In this document: positions 30,651 to 40,159 of the stretch, piece after piece
Position numbering within the stretch: position 1 is the stretch's first letter
How the letters are laid out: each line of letters begins with the position of its first letter
NCBI GenBank assembly: GCA_964354425.1
Contig: CAYGZV010000001.1
Coordinates: 1 to 59,760 of the forward strand
Direction of reading: 5' to 3'
DNA length: 59,760 bases
Origin: an uncultured Rhodoplanes sp.
Lineage (GTDB): Bacteria > Pseudomonadota > Alphaproteobacteria > Rhizobiales > Xanthobacteraceae
Program-made: the position numbers and the translations under genes
Notes under the pieces: generated by a model
What the model was told of the DNA's origin: nothing
What the model saw: only the letters and a program-made list of their open reading frames with translations
The model's database searches: none

Positions 30651-32461
30651 TCCGGTAACCCGGCCTTCGGCGGCGCCGATGCGGGCGCAGCGCCCAGCGC
30701 CGGCAGGGCGATCGCGCGCAGGATCGGCGGCGGGGCGATTTCCTCCGGCAGCCGGCCGAGCCCGAGACGCATCAGCAGGCGGCCGAACTCGCGCCGGGAG
30801 GTCACGACGGCGAACGGGACGGCAAGCGCCAGCCCGCCCGCAACGATCAGGGCGTAGGGAAGCGCCGCGGGGTAGGTCAGCGCCAGCAGCGCGATCGCTC
30901 CCCAGCCGAGCGCGGCCTGGGGCAATAAGGATCGCATGGCCAGCGAAAACGGGACCCCGTGATCGTCGCGGCGCTGGCTGTTCCAGCCGATGTCGCGCCC
31001 GAACAGGAGGCCGCCGAGAAAGATCGTATGCGCAAGCCACATGATCGGCGCGAGAACGAGATTGAAGGACAGGGCCGCCGCGACGCTCGCCGCAAAGCGT
31101 AACGAACCGCCGAACGAGCGCCGCAGCTGCGGGTGCAGCAATATGTCGAGGGCGGTCGCGACCGGCGGCGCGAACCACATTGCGAGCATGCTCCAGAACA
31201 GGGTCCGGCCCGCCCCGGCATTGACCACCGCGGCCGGATCGGGGGCAAGCGCCAAGACGAGGACGCCGAGCGTAAGAAGCGCGATCCAGGCGGGCGAATT
31301 GATGAACATCAGGATGGCGAAGGCGAGCTGGTAGCGGCTGACGACGTGGAGGCCGGGCAGACCGATGAAGCTCACATATTGCATGTTGCCCTGGCACCAG
31401 CGGAGATCGCGCCGGATGAATTCCACGAGCGTCGGCGGGTTCTCCTCAAAGCCGAGATTCTCCTCGGGCCACACGCGCACTTCGTATTTCGCGCGGCGCA
31501 TCAGCACCGCCTCGATCTGGTCATGGCTGAGCACATGACCGGCCAGCGGGCCGCCGTCCGGCAGCGCGGACAATTCGCAATGCGCGATGAACGGTTTCAG
31601 CCGCAGCACCGCATTGTGCCCCCAATAGGGACCGCAATCGCCCTGCCACCAGGCGCTGCCGATCGTGTAGGAGCGCATCCCGAGCCGCATGCCGAACTGG
31701 AACAGCCGGGTGAACCCGCTGGTCGAGGGCAGCCCGATCACCAGGCCCTGCAGGATGCCGATCTTGGGATCGGACGCGATCAGGCGCACGAGCCGCAGCA
31801 CCGCGCCCGCCGGCATGACGCTGTCGGCGTCGAGCGTCACGGCAAAGTCGTGGCGGTCGCCCCAGCGGGCGCAGAAATCGGCGATATTGCCCGCCTTGAA
31901 GCCCTCATTGCTGGTTCGCCGGCGATAGGTTACGGCGATGCAGTCCCGCCAGTCGGCCGCGAGCTTATCGAACCGACGCTCCTCCTCGGCCGCGATCGCG
32001 CGATCGCTGGTGTCGCTCAGGATATAGAGATGGAAGCGATCGCCCACCCCCGCCTCGGCCAGCCCCGCGAGCAGGGGGTGAAGATTGCGCAGGATGCGGT
32101 CCGGCTTCTCGTTGCGGATGCACAGAAGGATCGCCGTCGAAGCCGTAATGGCTTCATCGCCGCGCAGATGCGCCGCCGCCGGCAGCACCGCCGCGACCGG
32201 ATCGTCGGCAAACCGCATGACGAGCAGGCCGATCATGGCGTTCCAGAAACCGATCACGGTCCACGGCAGGGTGACCGAAAACAGCGCGATCAGCACGATA
32301 TCGATCACGCCGAGGCCGCCGGGCGCGAGCGTTCGGGCCATCAGCCAGATCATCGCCGCGATCGTCGACACAACGAGCGCCGCGAACACGATGCGCCGGC
32401 GTCCGATCGGCATGGCCGTGACCGCTGCCGCGATCGTCGCCGCGGTCACCTCTGCCGCCAT
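30626..32461 (-). CDS. mdoH: Glucans biosynthesis glucosyltransferase H (GT2), short form
   Basis: LSDT, YRRR..GFKAGNI, LDADSVM, YWGHNA, LSHDQIEA, EENPPTL..RDLRWCQGNMQY. Confidence 0.9.
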   Translation of the reverse strand: MAAEVTAATIAAAVTAMPIGRRRIVFAALVVSTIAAMIWLMARTLAPGGLGVIDIVLIALFSVTLPWTVIGFWNAMIGLLVMRFADDPVAAVLPAAAHLRGDEAITASTAILLCIRNEKPDRILRNLHPLLAGLAEAGVGDRFHLYILSDTSDRAIAAEEERRFDKLAADWRDCIAVTYRRRTSNEGFKAGNIADFCARWGDRHDFAVTLDADSVMPAGAVLRLVRLIASDPKIGILQGLVIGLPSTSGFTRLFQFGMRLGMRSYTIGSAWWQGDCGPYWGHNAVLRLKPFIAHCELSALPDGGPLAGHVLSHDQIEAVLMRRAKYEVRVWPEENLGFEENPPTLVEFIRRDLRWCQGNMQYVSFIGLPGLHVVSRYQLAFAILMFINSPAWIALLTLGVLVLALAPDPAAVVNAGAGRTLFWSMLAMWFAPPVATALDILLHPQLRRSFGGSLRFAASVAAALSFNLVLAPIMWLAHTIFLGGLLFGRDIGWNSQRRDDHGVPFSLAMRSLLPQAALGWGAIALLALTYPAALPYALIVAGGLALAVPFAVVTSRREFGRLLMRLGLGRLPEEIAPPPILRAIALPALGAAPASAPPKAGLPECSKACGP

Positions 32462-32557
32462 CGTGGCAACCCCCTGCCCTTTTGCAATGCACGCGATATT
32501 TTGCAGAGCACGCGGTATAGCTAGGAACCGTTCGACACGCCAATAAAGGATTTGCGA

Positions 32558-33568
32558 GTGACGCCCGATCGCGGCGACAGCAAGGCCGAAGCCCTGTGGT
32601 ATGTGGCCCCGGGACAGGCGGAGATTCGCGCGGAGCGCGCGCCAGAAGCGGGATCCGGCGACCTTGTCGTGCGGGCGCTGCACGGCGCGTTCAGCCGCGG
32701 CACCGAACGGCTCGTCTTCACCGGCGGCGTGCCGGAATCGGAATTCGAGCGCATGCGCTGCCCGTTCATGGGCGGGACCTTTCCGTTCCCGGTCAAGTAC
32801 GGCTACTCCTTGGTCGGGCGGGTCGAGGCAGGCCCGGAGCCGCTGCGCGGCCGTACGGTTTTCGCGCTGCATCCGCACCAGACCGCGTTCGCGCTTCCGG
32901 CGGACGCGGTCATCGTCGTGCCGGACACGGTTCCGGCGCGCCGCGCCGTGCTTGCCGCCAATATGGAGACCGCGCTCAACGCGGTCTGGGATGCCGCGCC
33001 GAGCCCGGCGGACCGGATTGCGGTGGTCGGCGGCGGCGTGATCGGGCTTCTGACGGGATGGTTGTGCGGCGCGTTTCCCGGCGCAGAGGTGACGCTGGTC
33101 GATAGCGACCCGCGGCGGGCGCTGCCGGCCGGCTATCTCGGCCTCGGCTTCGCTTGCCCCGAGGAAGCGCCGCTCGACTGCGACGTCGTGATCCATGCGA
33201 GCGGGAGCGGCGCCGGCCTTGCGACGGCGCTGCGGCTGGCGGGCGAGGAGGCAACCGTATTGGAGCTGAGCTGGTACGGGCGCGGCCAAGTCACGGTGCC
33301 GCTGGGGGCCGCGTTTCACAGCCGTCGTCTGAAGCTCATATCGAGCCAGGTCGGCCGCGTCGCTCCGTCGCACCGCTCGCGCTGGACGCCGCGCCGCCGG
33401 CTGGCGGCGGCGCTTGACCTCCTCGCCGATGCGCGCCTCGAGGTTCTGCTCGCGCCGGCGACGCCGTTTGCGGACCTACCGGCCCGGATCGGCGGCATTC
33501 TCGCGCCGGAAAGCGGCGTCTTGTGCCAAGTGATCGACTATCCCGCAGCCGGCCCCGCCGCAACCTGA
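32558..33568 (+). CDS. Zinc-binding (MDR) alcohol dehydrogenase-like protein
   Basis: SRGTERLV, FPFPVKYGY, ANMETALN, GGGVIG Rossmann motif, ELSWYG, FHSRRL. Confidence 0.88.
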   Translation: MTPDRGDSKAEALWYVAPGQAEIRAERAPEAGSGDLVVRALHGAFSRGTERLVFTGGVPESEFERMRCPFMGGTFPFPVKYGYSLVGRVEAGPEPLRGRTVFALHPHQTAFALPADAVIVVPDTVPARRAVLAANMETALNAVWDAAPSPADRIAVVGGGVIGLLTGWLCGAFPGAEVTLVDSDPRRALPAGYLGLGFACPEEAPLDCDVVIHASGSGAGLATALRLAGEEATVLELSWYGRGQVTVPLGAAFHSRRLKLISSQVGRVAPSHRSRWTPRRRLAAALDLLADARLEVLLAPATPFADLPARIGGILAPESGVLCQVIDYPAAGPAAT

Positions 33569-33580
33569 ACGAGGCTTTCC

Positions 33581-33982
33581 GTGTTCGCCGTCGAAGTGCG
33601 CCACCACATCATGATCGCTCATTCTTTTCGCGGCGAGGTCTTCGGCCCGGCGCAACGCCTGCACGGGGCGACCTTCGTGGTCGACGCTGCGTTCCAGGCG
33701 GAGCGCCTCGACGCCAACGGGATCGTCGTCGATATCGGCCGCGCGCAGGACGTGCTCAAATCCGTGCTCGCCCCGCTCGACTACCGCAATCTCGACGATC
33801 TGCCGGAGTTTTCCGGGGTCAACACGACGACCGAATTCCTGACGCGCTATGTGTTCGACCGCCTGGCCGCTGCGGCGCGGGCGGGCGAACTCGGACGCGA
33901 CGGGCAAGAGCTTGCGGCGATCCGCGTCACCGTTTCGGAATCGCATCTCGCGCGCGCCTGGTACGAGGCGGCGCTGTGGTGA
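33581..33982 (+). CDS. 6-pyruvoyl-tetrahydropterin synthase/QueD (COG0720) family protein
   Basis: MIAHSF..FGPAQRLHGAT, YRNLDDL, NTTTEFL, VSESH; lacks the CxxxHGH motif of QueD. Confidence 0.9.
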   Translation: MFAVEVRHHIMIAHSFRGEVFGPAQRLHGATFVVDAAFQAERLDANGIVVDIGRAQDVLKSVLAPLDYRNLDDLPEFSGVNTTTEFLTRYVFDRLAAAARAGELGRDGQELAAIRVTVSESHLARAWYEAALW

Positions 33983-35028
33983 GGCGCGCCGTGTTTGCCG
34001 TGCCGGGGGACCTCGACACGCCGACCGGCGGCTATGCCTATGATCGACGGATCATCGCCGAACTGCGCCGGCTCGGCTTCGCAGTCGACGTCATCGATCT
34101 CGGCGAGGGCTTTCCGCGGCCGAGCTGCGACATCAGGGCCGCCGCGCTGGCGGCGCTTCGCTGCGCGCCGCCGGGATCGCCGATCGTCATCGACGGGCTC
34201 GCCTATGGCGCCTTGCCCGAGCTTGCCGCCGACTTCTGCAGGGCCCGCCCGGTGATCGCGCTCGTCCATCATCCGCTTGCGCTCGAAACCGGGCTCACCG
34301 ACGAAGCGGCGGCCAAGTTGCGCGCGAGCGAGCGCATCGCGCTCTCGGGCGCGAGGCGCGTCATCGTCCCGAGCGCGGCGACGGCAAGCATTCTGGTCGC
34401 CGATTACGGCGTACCGCGCGATTGCATCGCCATAGCCCCGCCCGGCTGCGATCGCGTCGCGCGCGCGCACGGGAACGCCGGCGGGCCGGTCGCGCTCTTG
34501 TCGGTCGGCGCGCTCGTGCCGCGCAAGGGCCATGACCTGCTGATTGCGGCGCTCGCCGAGATCGCCGATCTCGATTGGCGGCTCACCATTGCCGGCCCGC
34601 GCGATCGCGACGCGGCGACGGCGGCGCGGCTCGAGGCGCAGATCGCGGCGCTCGGTCTCGCGGCGCGCGTCACGCTCGCCGGCGCGGTCGCGCCCGACCG
34701 CCTAGCCGCCCTGTACGCCGCGGCCGATCTGTTCGTGCTCGCGTCGCGCTTCGAGGGCTACGGCATGGCCTTTGCGGAAGCGGCGAGCTACGGCCTGCCC
34801 GTCATCGGAACGACCGCCGGCGCGATCCGCGAAGCCGTTCCGGCCGGCGCGGGCCTGCTCGTGCCGCCCGACGATGTCGCGGCGCTCACGGGCGCGCTGC
34901 GCCGGTTGATCGCCGATCGCGACGAGCGCCGGCGGCTCGCCGAGGGCGCGCTTCGCGCTGCCGAGCGGCTCCCGACCTGGGAAGCCTCGGCGCGGCGCGT
35001 TGCTGAAACGATCGAGGCCTCGGCATGA
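33979..35028 (+). CDS. Glycosyltransferase family 4 (GT-B)
   Basis: TGGYAYDRR, VGALVPRKG, SRFEGYGMAFAEA (EX7E); GTGA overlap with the PTPS gene. Confidence 0.9.
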   Translation: MRRAVFAVPGDLDTPTGGYAYDRRIIAELRRLGFAVDVIDLGEGFPRPSCDIRAAALAALRCAPPGSPIVIDGLAYGALPELAADFCRARPVIALVHHPLALETGLTDEAAAKLRASERIALSGARRVIVPSAATASILVADYGVPRDCIAIAPPGCDRVARAHGNAGGPVALLSVGALVPRKGHDLLIAALAEIADLDWRLTIAGPRDRDAATAARLEAQIAALGLAARVTLAGAVAPDRLAALYAAADLFVLASRFEGYGMAFAEAASYGLPVIGTTAGAIREAVPAGAGLLVPPDDVAALTGALRRLIADRDERRRLAEGALRAAERLPTWEASARRVAETIEASA

Positions 35029-35828
35029 CCGGGTTTTCCACCGACTGGCTCGCGCAGCGCGAGCCCTGTGACCGGCGCGCGCGCAACCCGGCGGCGCTCG
35101 CCGCGGTCGCCGAGTTCTTCGCCGCCGATCCGGCGGCGACGATCGTCGACCTCGCCTGCGGGACGGGTGCGACGCTGCGGGCCGTTTCCGACGCCCTGCC
35201 CAAGCGCCAAAGCTGGCGGCTTGTCGACAACGACCTGAGCCTGCTTGCGCGGGCGCAGCAGGCGGTCGGCGCCGACGTGACGGTGCGCGCCGTTCCGCTC
35301 GACCTTGTGCAAGATCTCGAAGCGGCGCTCGACGGGCCGGTCGATCTGGTCACGACATCGGCCCTGCTCGACCTCGTATCCGCCGAGTGGATCGAGCGGC
35401 TCGTGACCGAGATCGCCGCGCGCAACCTGCCCTTCTACGCCGCGCTCAGCTATGATGGGCGCGTCGAATTCGAACCGGCCGACGCGTCGGACGAGGCGAT
35501 CGTCGCGGCTTTCAACCGGCATCAATGCACCGACAAGGGATTCGGGCCGGCGCTCGGCCCGGCGGCGGCCCCGATGGCCATCGGGCTGTTCGAGCGGATC
35601 GGCTATGCGATCGTGCAGGGCCGGTCGGACTGGCTGTTGGGGCCGGCGGACGAGATCCAGGCGGATATGCTCGCGGGCTTCGCCCGCGCGGCCGCGGAGA
35701 TCGGCGGCATCGCAAGCGGCGACGTCGCGCAATGGAAGACGCGGCGGAAGATCATGCTCGCCGCGCAACGCTCACGCCTGCGGGTCGGTCATGTCGACTT
35801 TTTCGCGCGTCCGACCGGCCGGCGCTGA
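35025..35828 (+). CDS. Class I SAM-dependent methyltransferase-like protein
   Basis: FSTDWLAQRE..DRRAR, DLACGTG, SALLDLVS, FNRHQ..DKGFGPALG; ATGA overlap. Confidence 0.88.
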   Translation: MTGFSTDWLAQREPCDRRARNPAALAAVAEFFAADPAATIVDLACGTGATLRAVSDALPKRQSWRLVDNDLSLLARAQQAVGADVTVRAVPLDLVQDLEAALDGPVDLVTTSALLDLVSAEWIERLVTEIAARNLPFYAALSYDGRVEFEPADASDEAIVAAFNRHQCTDKGFGPALGPAAAPMAIGLFERIGYAIVQGRSDWLLGPADEIQADMLAGFARAAAEIGGIASGDVAQWKTRRKIMLAAQRSRLRVGHVDFFARPTGRR

Positions 35829-36652
35829 AGGGAGAGGTCGCAATCGAACAGCACCTCATCGCCGAGCGGGCAGGATCGGACGCGCGGCCGGATCGCGTGA
35901 TCGGCATGCGCGATCGTGGCGAGCGTGCAGCCCGGCCGGCCGGACCCGAGGATGATCGGCGCGACGACGACATGGAGGCGGTCGAGGCACGCGGCCGCGA
36001 GAAAGCGGGACAAGGTCTCCGCGCCGCCCTCGATCAGCAGGCGGCGGAATCCTTGCCCGGCAAGCGCGCCGAGGATGGTGGCGGGCGCGATGCGCCCCGC
36101 TTCCGCCGCAAGCGGCAGATGCTCGACCCCGGGCGGCCAATTCGGCGGCACGCCGGCGTCGGTCACGACCAGGCGACGGACCCCGTCCTCGGCGAGCAGG
36201 CGCGCGGTCGGCGGAAGCCGCCCGCGCCGGTCGATGACGACGCGCGCCGGGTTCGGCCCCGCCACGCGCCGCACCGTGAGTTGCGGGTCGTCGGCGAGCG
36301 CGGTGCCGATGCCGATCACCACAGCATCCACCAGCGCACGCAGGCGATGCAGATGGGCGAGCCCCTCCGATCCATTGATGAATTCGCGGCGGCCGCCGTC
36401 GGTCGCGATGCGCCCATCGATCGACTGGCCGATCTGGCCGATGACGACCAGCCCGTCGATGGCGCCGGCCTGCAGCGGCCCGAAAAGCGCGTCCCAGGGC
36501 GGCGGCAGCGCCGCATTGGCGCGGAACGCCGCCGGCACGCCGGCCCAGCCGTCGGCCGGGAGCGCGCCGGAATAAGCCCAGGAAGACCGGTCCAAGATGC
36601 TCGCCCCGAAATGGATGGATGGAAACGCCGCCCTTGCGCGCGGAGCTTGCAT
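35789..36652 (-). CDS. RibD C-terminal (pyrimidine reductase)-like protein
   Basis: GQSIDGRIA, HLHRLRA, GIGTALADDPQLTVR, IEGGA; no deaminase domain. Start uncertain. Confidence 0.85.
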   Translation of the reverse strand: MQAPRARAAFPSIHFGASILDRSSWAYSGALPADGWAGVPAAFRANAALPPPWDALFGPLQAGAIDGLVVIGQIGQSIDGRIATDGGRREFINGSEGLAHLHRLRALVDAVVIGIGTALADDPQLTVRRVAGPNPARVVIDRRGRLPPTARLLAEDGVRRLVVTDAGVPPNWPPGVEHLPLAAEAGRIAPATILGALAGQGFRRLLIEGGAETLSRFLAAACLDRLHVVVAPIILGSGRPGCTLATIAHADHAIRPRVRSCPLGDEVLFDCDLSLQRRPVGRAKKST

Positions 36653-36757
36653 CGCGGCCGAGTTTAGCCTGTCATGCAGCTCCGGCTCAAGCCGAACGCG
36701 GGCGCCGCGACGCCCCGTGCCGAGGAAGAATTGCCGCAAGGCTGCGCCAAGGTTCCA

Positions 36758-36775
36758 CCTCTCCCGTTGGAGAGG
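36758..36775. repeat. REP hairpin
   Basis: CCTCTCC-cgtt-GGAGAGG. Confidence 0.5.
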
Positions 36776-36798
36776 CGAAAAGCGCGTAGGAGAACACC

Positions 36799-37356
36799 AT
36801 GACCGCATGGACGATGAACGGGCCTGGGAGCGAAGAGGGCTACGCGCTGCCCGCCCGCGTGCTGCACTGGCTGACGGCCGCCATCGTGATCTTCATGATC
36901 CCCGCCGGCATCTATATGGCGAATGCGAGCCCCGGGCCGACGCAGGACCTCCTGTTCCATCTGCACCGCTCCTTCGGCGTGGTCCTCCTGCCGATCGTGA
37001 TTGCTCGGCTGGCGTACCGCCTGCGCAACCCACCGCCGCCGCTGCCGCGGGACATTCCGAGCGTCCAGCGCGGCCTCGCGCATGCGGTGCACGGCGCGCT
37101 CTATGCGCTCCTGATCGTCCAGCCGATCGTCGGCTGGGTGGCGACATCGGCCTATCGCGCGCCGATCATGGTGTTCTGGACGTTCGAGCTGCCGCCGATC
37201 TGGCCCGAGGACCGCGCGTTCTCCGAGAACATGCTCGTCGTGCATCGCGTGCTCGGATTCATGATCGCGATTTTCGCTATGATCCATATCGCCGCCGCGC
37301 TCTATCATCACTTCGGCCGCAAGGACGCCGTGCTGATGCGCATGCTGCGCGGGTGA
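36799..37356 (+). CDS. Cytochrome b561 family protein
   Basis: LHWLTA, LHRSFG, AHAVHGALY, VHR and HIAAALYHH heme-ligand pattern; AGGAG RBS. Confidence 0.9.
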   Translation: MTAWTMNGPGSEEGYALPARVLHWLTAAIVIFMIPAGIYMANASPGPTQDLLFHLHRSFGVVLLPIVIARLAYRLRNPPPPLPRDIPSVQRGLAHAVHGALYALLIVQPIVGWVATSAYRAPIMVFWTFELPPIWPEDRAFSENMLVVHRVLGFMIAIFAMIHIAAALYHHFGRKDAVLMRMLRG

Positions 37357-37425
37357 TCGGCCGGCCAGGCTACTCCGCCGCGCGCGTGTCGTTTGCTTCC
37401 GCAGCCGTCCATGCGTCGGTTGCGC

Positions 37426-37746
37426 TCAAGAGACCTTGCGAGCGAGGTCCCCCTTTGTCTTTTTGGCTGCAAGGGTGGGGAGCTTATTGACCCGTGCTCC
37501 CGATAGCTTGCGGGCGCGACGAAGCTCATACAGCGTCTGCAAATTGAGCCAGAACTCCGGGCTCGTGCCGAACCAGTGGCCGAGGCGCAACGCGGTGTCG
37601 GCCGTGACGCCGCGCTGCCCGTTGAGAATGCCGGTGACGCGATTCACCGGTACATCGATCTGACGGGCGAGTTCGGCGGCGGAAATGCCGATCTCCTTCA
37701 ATTCTTCGGCGAGGTGTTCGCCGGGGTGAATGGGCGCGCGTGCCAT
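37426..37746 (-). CDS. higA: HigA-family antitoxin
   Basis: PIHPGEHL..AELARQI..ILNGQRGVTADTALRLGHWFGTSPEFWLNLQ; own GAGGA RBS and ATG at 37746. Confidence 0.93.
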   Translation of the reverse strand: MARAPIHPGEHLAEELKEIGISAAELARQIDVPVNRVTGILNGQRGVTADTALRLGHWFGTSPEFWLNLQTLYELRRARKLSGARVNKLPTLAAKKTKGDLARKVS

Positions 37747-37756
37747 GACACGATCC

Positions 37757-38031
37757 TCAATGATAATCGACAATCTCAACGTTGATCGGGCCGGGCGAGC
37801 CTTCGGGCCACTCAAAGCAAATCCGCCACTGGTCATTGATCCGGATGCTATACTGCCCCTGTCGATCCCCCTTGAGAGCTTCCAACCGGTGGCGGCGAGG
37901 TCGCTCAGGCTAGTGGCCGCCTCCAGTCGGTCGAGTCGGATTTCGGCCTGACGGGCGAAGCCAGAGAAATCCCGAATACGCTCGCCGCCTGCAAAACGTC
38001 CGGTCCTCTTGTCTCGGTAGCTGACGATCAT
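37757..38031 (-). pseudogene. higB: HigB (RelE/ParE) toxin, frameshifted
   Basis: MIVSYRDKRT..SLSDLAA, then a frame change near 37890 to RLEALKGDRQGQYSIRINDQWRICFEW..VEIVDYH-stop; the usual LPGN residues are missing. Confidence 0.88.
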
Positions 38032-38045
38032 CGCCTTGACAGCAT

Positions 38046-38074
38046 ACTGGTATTATCAGTTACGTAAAGCGTAA
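38046..38074. promoter_or_regulatory. higBA promoter with operator-like palindromes
   Basis: Near-palindrome ACTGGTATTATCAGT and TTACG-taaag-CGTAA just upstream of higB. Confidence 0.55.
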
Positions 38075-38082
38075 TCCTTAGC

Positions 38083-39885
38083 TCAGTTTTCTGCGCGCGT
38101 GTCGTCCGTCGCGGAAAGCGGCGGCGCCGGCGGCTCGGCGGACAGATACTGCGCCTTGGCCAGCTCGGAGAACGGCCCGCCCGCCCGCATCAGTTCGTCG
38201 AACGTGCCCGCCTCGACGACGCGGCCGTGCTCGAACATCAGGATGCGGTCGGCGCGCCGGATGGTGGCGAGCCGATGGGCGATGACGAAAGTGGTGCGGC
38301 CCTTCATCACCTCTTCGAGCGCGACCAGGAGCTTCGCCTCGGTCTTGGCGTCGAGCGCGCTCGTCGCCTCGTCGAGGATGAGGATCGGCGGCTCCTTCAG
38401 CAGCGCGCGGGCGATCGACAGGCGCTGGCGCTCGCCGCCGGAGATGAGGCGCCCGCGCTCGCCGACGCGCGCATCAAAACCGTTCGGGTCGCGCTCGATG
38501 AAATCGAGCGCCTGCGCGCGCGCGGCTGCGTCGCGCAGCTCCGCCGCCGTCGCGTCCGGCTTGCCGATGCGCAGGTTCTCGGCGATCGAGCGGTTGAACA
38601 GCAGTCCTTCCTGGAACACCACGCCGATATTGCGCCTGAGAGCGGCGAGCGTCATGTCGCGCACGTCGAGGCCGTCGATCCTGATCGCGCCCGACTGCGG
38701 ATCGAACGCGCGGTAGAGCAGAGACAGCGCGGTCGACTTGCCGGCGCCCGTCGCGCCGACCAGCGCGATCCGCTCGCCCGGCGCGGCGGCGAAATCGAGA
38801 TCGAGAACTGCGGGACGCTTGCCGTCATAGGAGAACGAGACGTCGTCGAATTCGACCCGACCCGTAACGCGCCCCGGGTCGGTCGCATCGGGCCGGTCGC
38901 GGATCGCGGGCGTCGTGTCGAACACGGCGAAGAACTCGGCCAGCCGCGGCCCTTCGGAGAACACGCGATTGACGAACCACACCGCGTCCTGCAGCCGCGC
39001 GATCAGCATGGTCGCAAAGCCGGTGAAGGTCACGATTTCGCCGACCGAGGCGAGCCCGCGGGCGTTCAGGTATGCGCCAAGCACGACGATCGTGAGCAAA
39101 GTCAGCGTGGTCGAGGCGCGCGTGAGCACGGACACCACCGCCCACCAGGACAGCACCGGGGTTTGCGCCGCGAGCAGCCGGTCGATCACGGTCTTGAGGC
39201 CGGACACCTCCGCCTCGACGCGGGTGAAGCTGTGCACGAGCGCGACATTGCCGAGCGTGTCGGACGCGCGCTCGGCGAGTTCGGAATAGTTCTCCTCGAC
39301 GAGCGTCTGCAGCGCCTCGGTCTTGCGCATCACGAAGGCGGTGAGGGTCGCGAAAACGGCGCAGAGCACCAGCAGCACCAGAGCGAGCCGCCAGTTGAGG
39401 ACGAGCGCGAGCGGCAGCAGCACGAAGAAGGAGACGAACGCCGCGAGATTGTCGCGGAAGAAGCCGAGCCACAGGCCGAACAGCGCGTCGGTGCCCTGCA
39501 GCATCACCTTCATCAGGCGGCCGGAATGCGTTCCCGAGTGATAGGCGAGCGGCAGCTCGAGCACGTGCTCGAAATACTCGGTGAGGACGTGCTGGCGCTC
39601 CCGGTGCGCCAGCCGATCCGCATAGAGCGCAACAAGCGTGCTGCAGACGATGTTGAACAGGCCGAAGCCGCACCACACGCCCAGCAGGCCGCCGAGCGCC
39701 GACCAGCGGAAGCCCGACGGATTCGTTTGCGCCTGCGACAGCGCGTCGATGATGCGGCCGAACAGCACCGGCTCGGCGAATTGCGCCGCGGCGAGCAGCA
39801 GATTGGCGATCGCCAGCGTCCACGCGAGCCGCTTGGCCGGCGCGAGCAGGCCGAGCGTGCGCAGATAGATGCGGATGAGTTTCAT
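38083..39885 (-). CDS. ndvA: Cyclic beta-glucan ABC exporter (NdvA/ChvA)
   Basis: [38 protein letters not shown]; [20 protein letters not shown]. Confidence 0.9.
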   Translation of the reverse strand: MKLIRIYLRTLGLLAPAKRLAWTLAIANLLLAAAQFAEPVLFGRIIDALSQAQTNPSGFRWSALGGLLGVWCGFGLFNIVCSTLVALYADRLAHRERQHVLTEYFEHVLELPLAYHSGTHSGRLMKVMLQGTDALFGLWLGFFRDNLAAFVSFFVLLPLALVLNWRLALVLLVLCAVFATLTAFVMRKTEALQTLVEENYSELAERASDTLGNVALVHSFTRVEAEVSGLKTVIDRLLAAQTPVLSWWAVVSVLTRASTTLTLLTIVVLGAYLNARGLASVGEIVTFTGFATMLIARLQDAVWFVNRVFSEGPRLAEFFAVFDTTPAIRDRPDATDPGRVTGRVEFDDVSFSYDGKRPAVLDLDFAAAPGERIALVGATGAGKSTALSLLYRAFDPQSGAIRIDGLDVRDMTLAALRRNIGVVFQEGLLFNRSIAENLRIGKPDATAAELRDAAARAQALDFIERDPNGFDARVGERGRLISGGERQRLSIARALLKEPPILILDEATSALDAKTEAKLLVALEEVMKGRTTFVIAHRLATIRRADRILMFEHGRVVEAGTFDELMRAGGPFSELAKAQYLSAEPPAPPLSATDDTRAEN

Positions 39886-39992
39886 GATGCTGAACGCCGT
39901 CGGAAAGCGGGCTGTCGATCCGGCTCCTACCCGCTATCCACATGCCAACTTTCTTTACGGCCGGCAATCCGGGCAAACGAAGGGCGCGGCTA

Positions 39993-40117
39993 TTAGAGCT
40001 AATTCCGTTCCGGTTGAATCGAAAATTCGCTCTTATCGTTATCGCGTGGTCGCATTCTACGGCCCGGTTCCCACCCCGGATCAGGTCCGAGGGCGGGCTT
40101 CTTCAGGCATTCTCTAA
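39993..40117. mobile_element. MITE-like TAGAG..CTCTA element (CIR/Bru-RS-like)
   Basis: 125 bp bounded by TTAGAG/CTCTAA inverted ends; internal CGGTTGAATCG and CCCGGATCAGGTCCGAGGG motifs; no ORF. Confidence 0.6.
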
Positions 40118-40159
40118 CGCTTGACCCTCCCCTGAAATAAGCAAGGCGCGAGCAGCTGC

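Noticed and set aside
30651-31397. 496-aa FkbM protein
   Set aside because: The upstream part overlaps mdoH in another frame; FkbM similarity starts at MLKGLRS (30650).
32462-33373. 915-aa MdoH with a 300-aa N-terminal extension
   Set aside because: The extension is the antisense of the Zn-ADH gene; the plausible start is ATG 32461.
33581-36652. Queuosine (queD) or riboflavin (ribD) housekeeping genes
   Set aside because: The PTPS lacks the QueD Cys motif and que neighbours; the RibD-like protein lacks the deaminase domain and rib neighbours.
37426-38031. Genuine evolved 201-aa toxin-antitoxin fusion family
   Set aside because: The middle segment is the out-of-frame reading of the HigB C-terminus, so a frameshift explains it.
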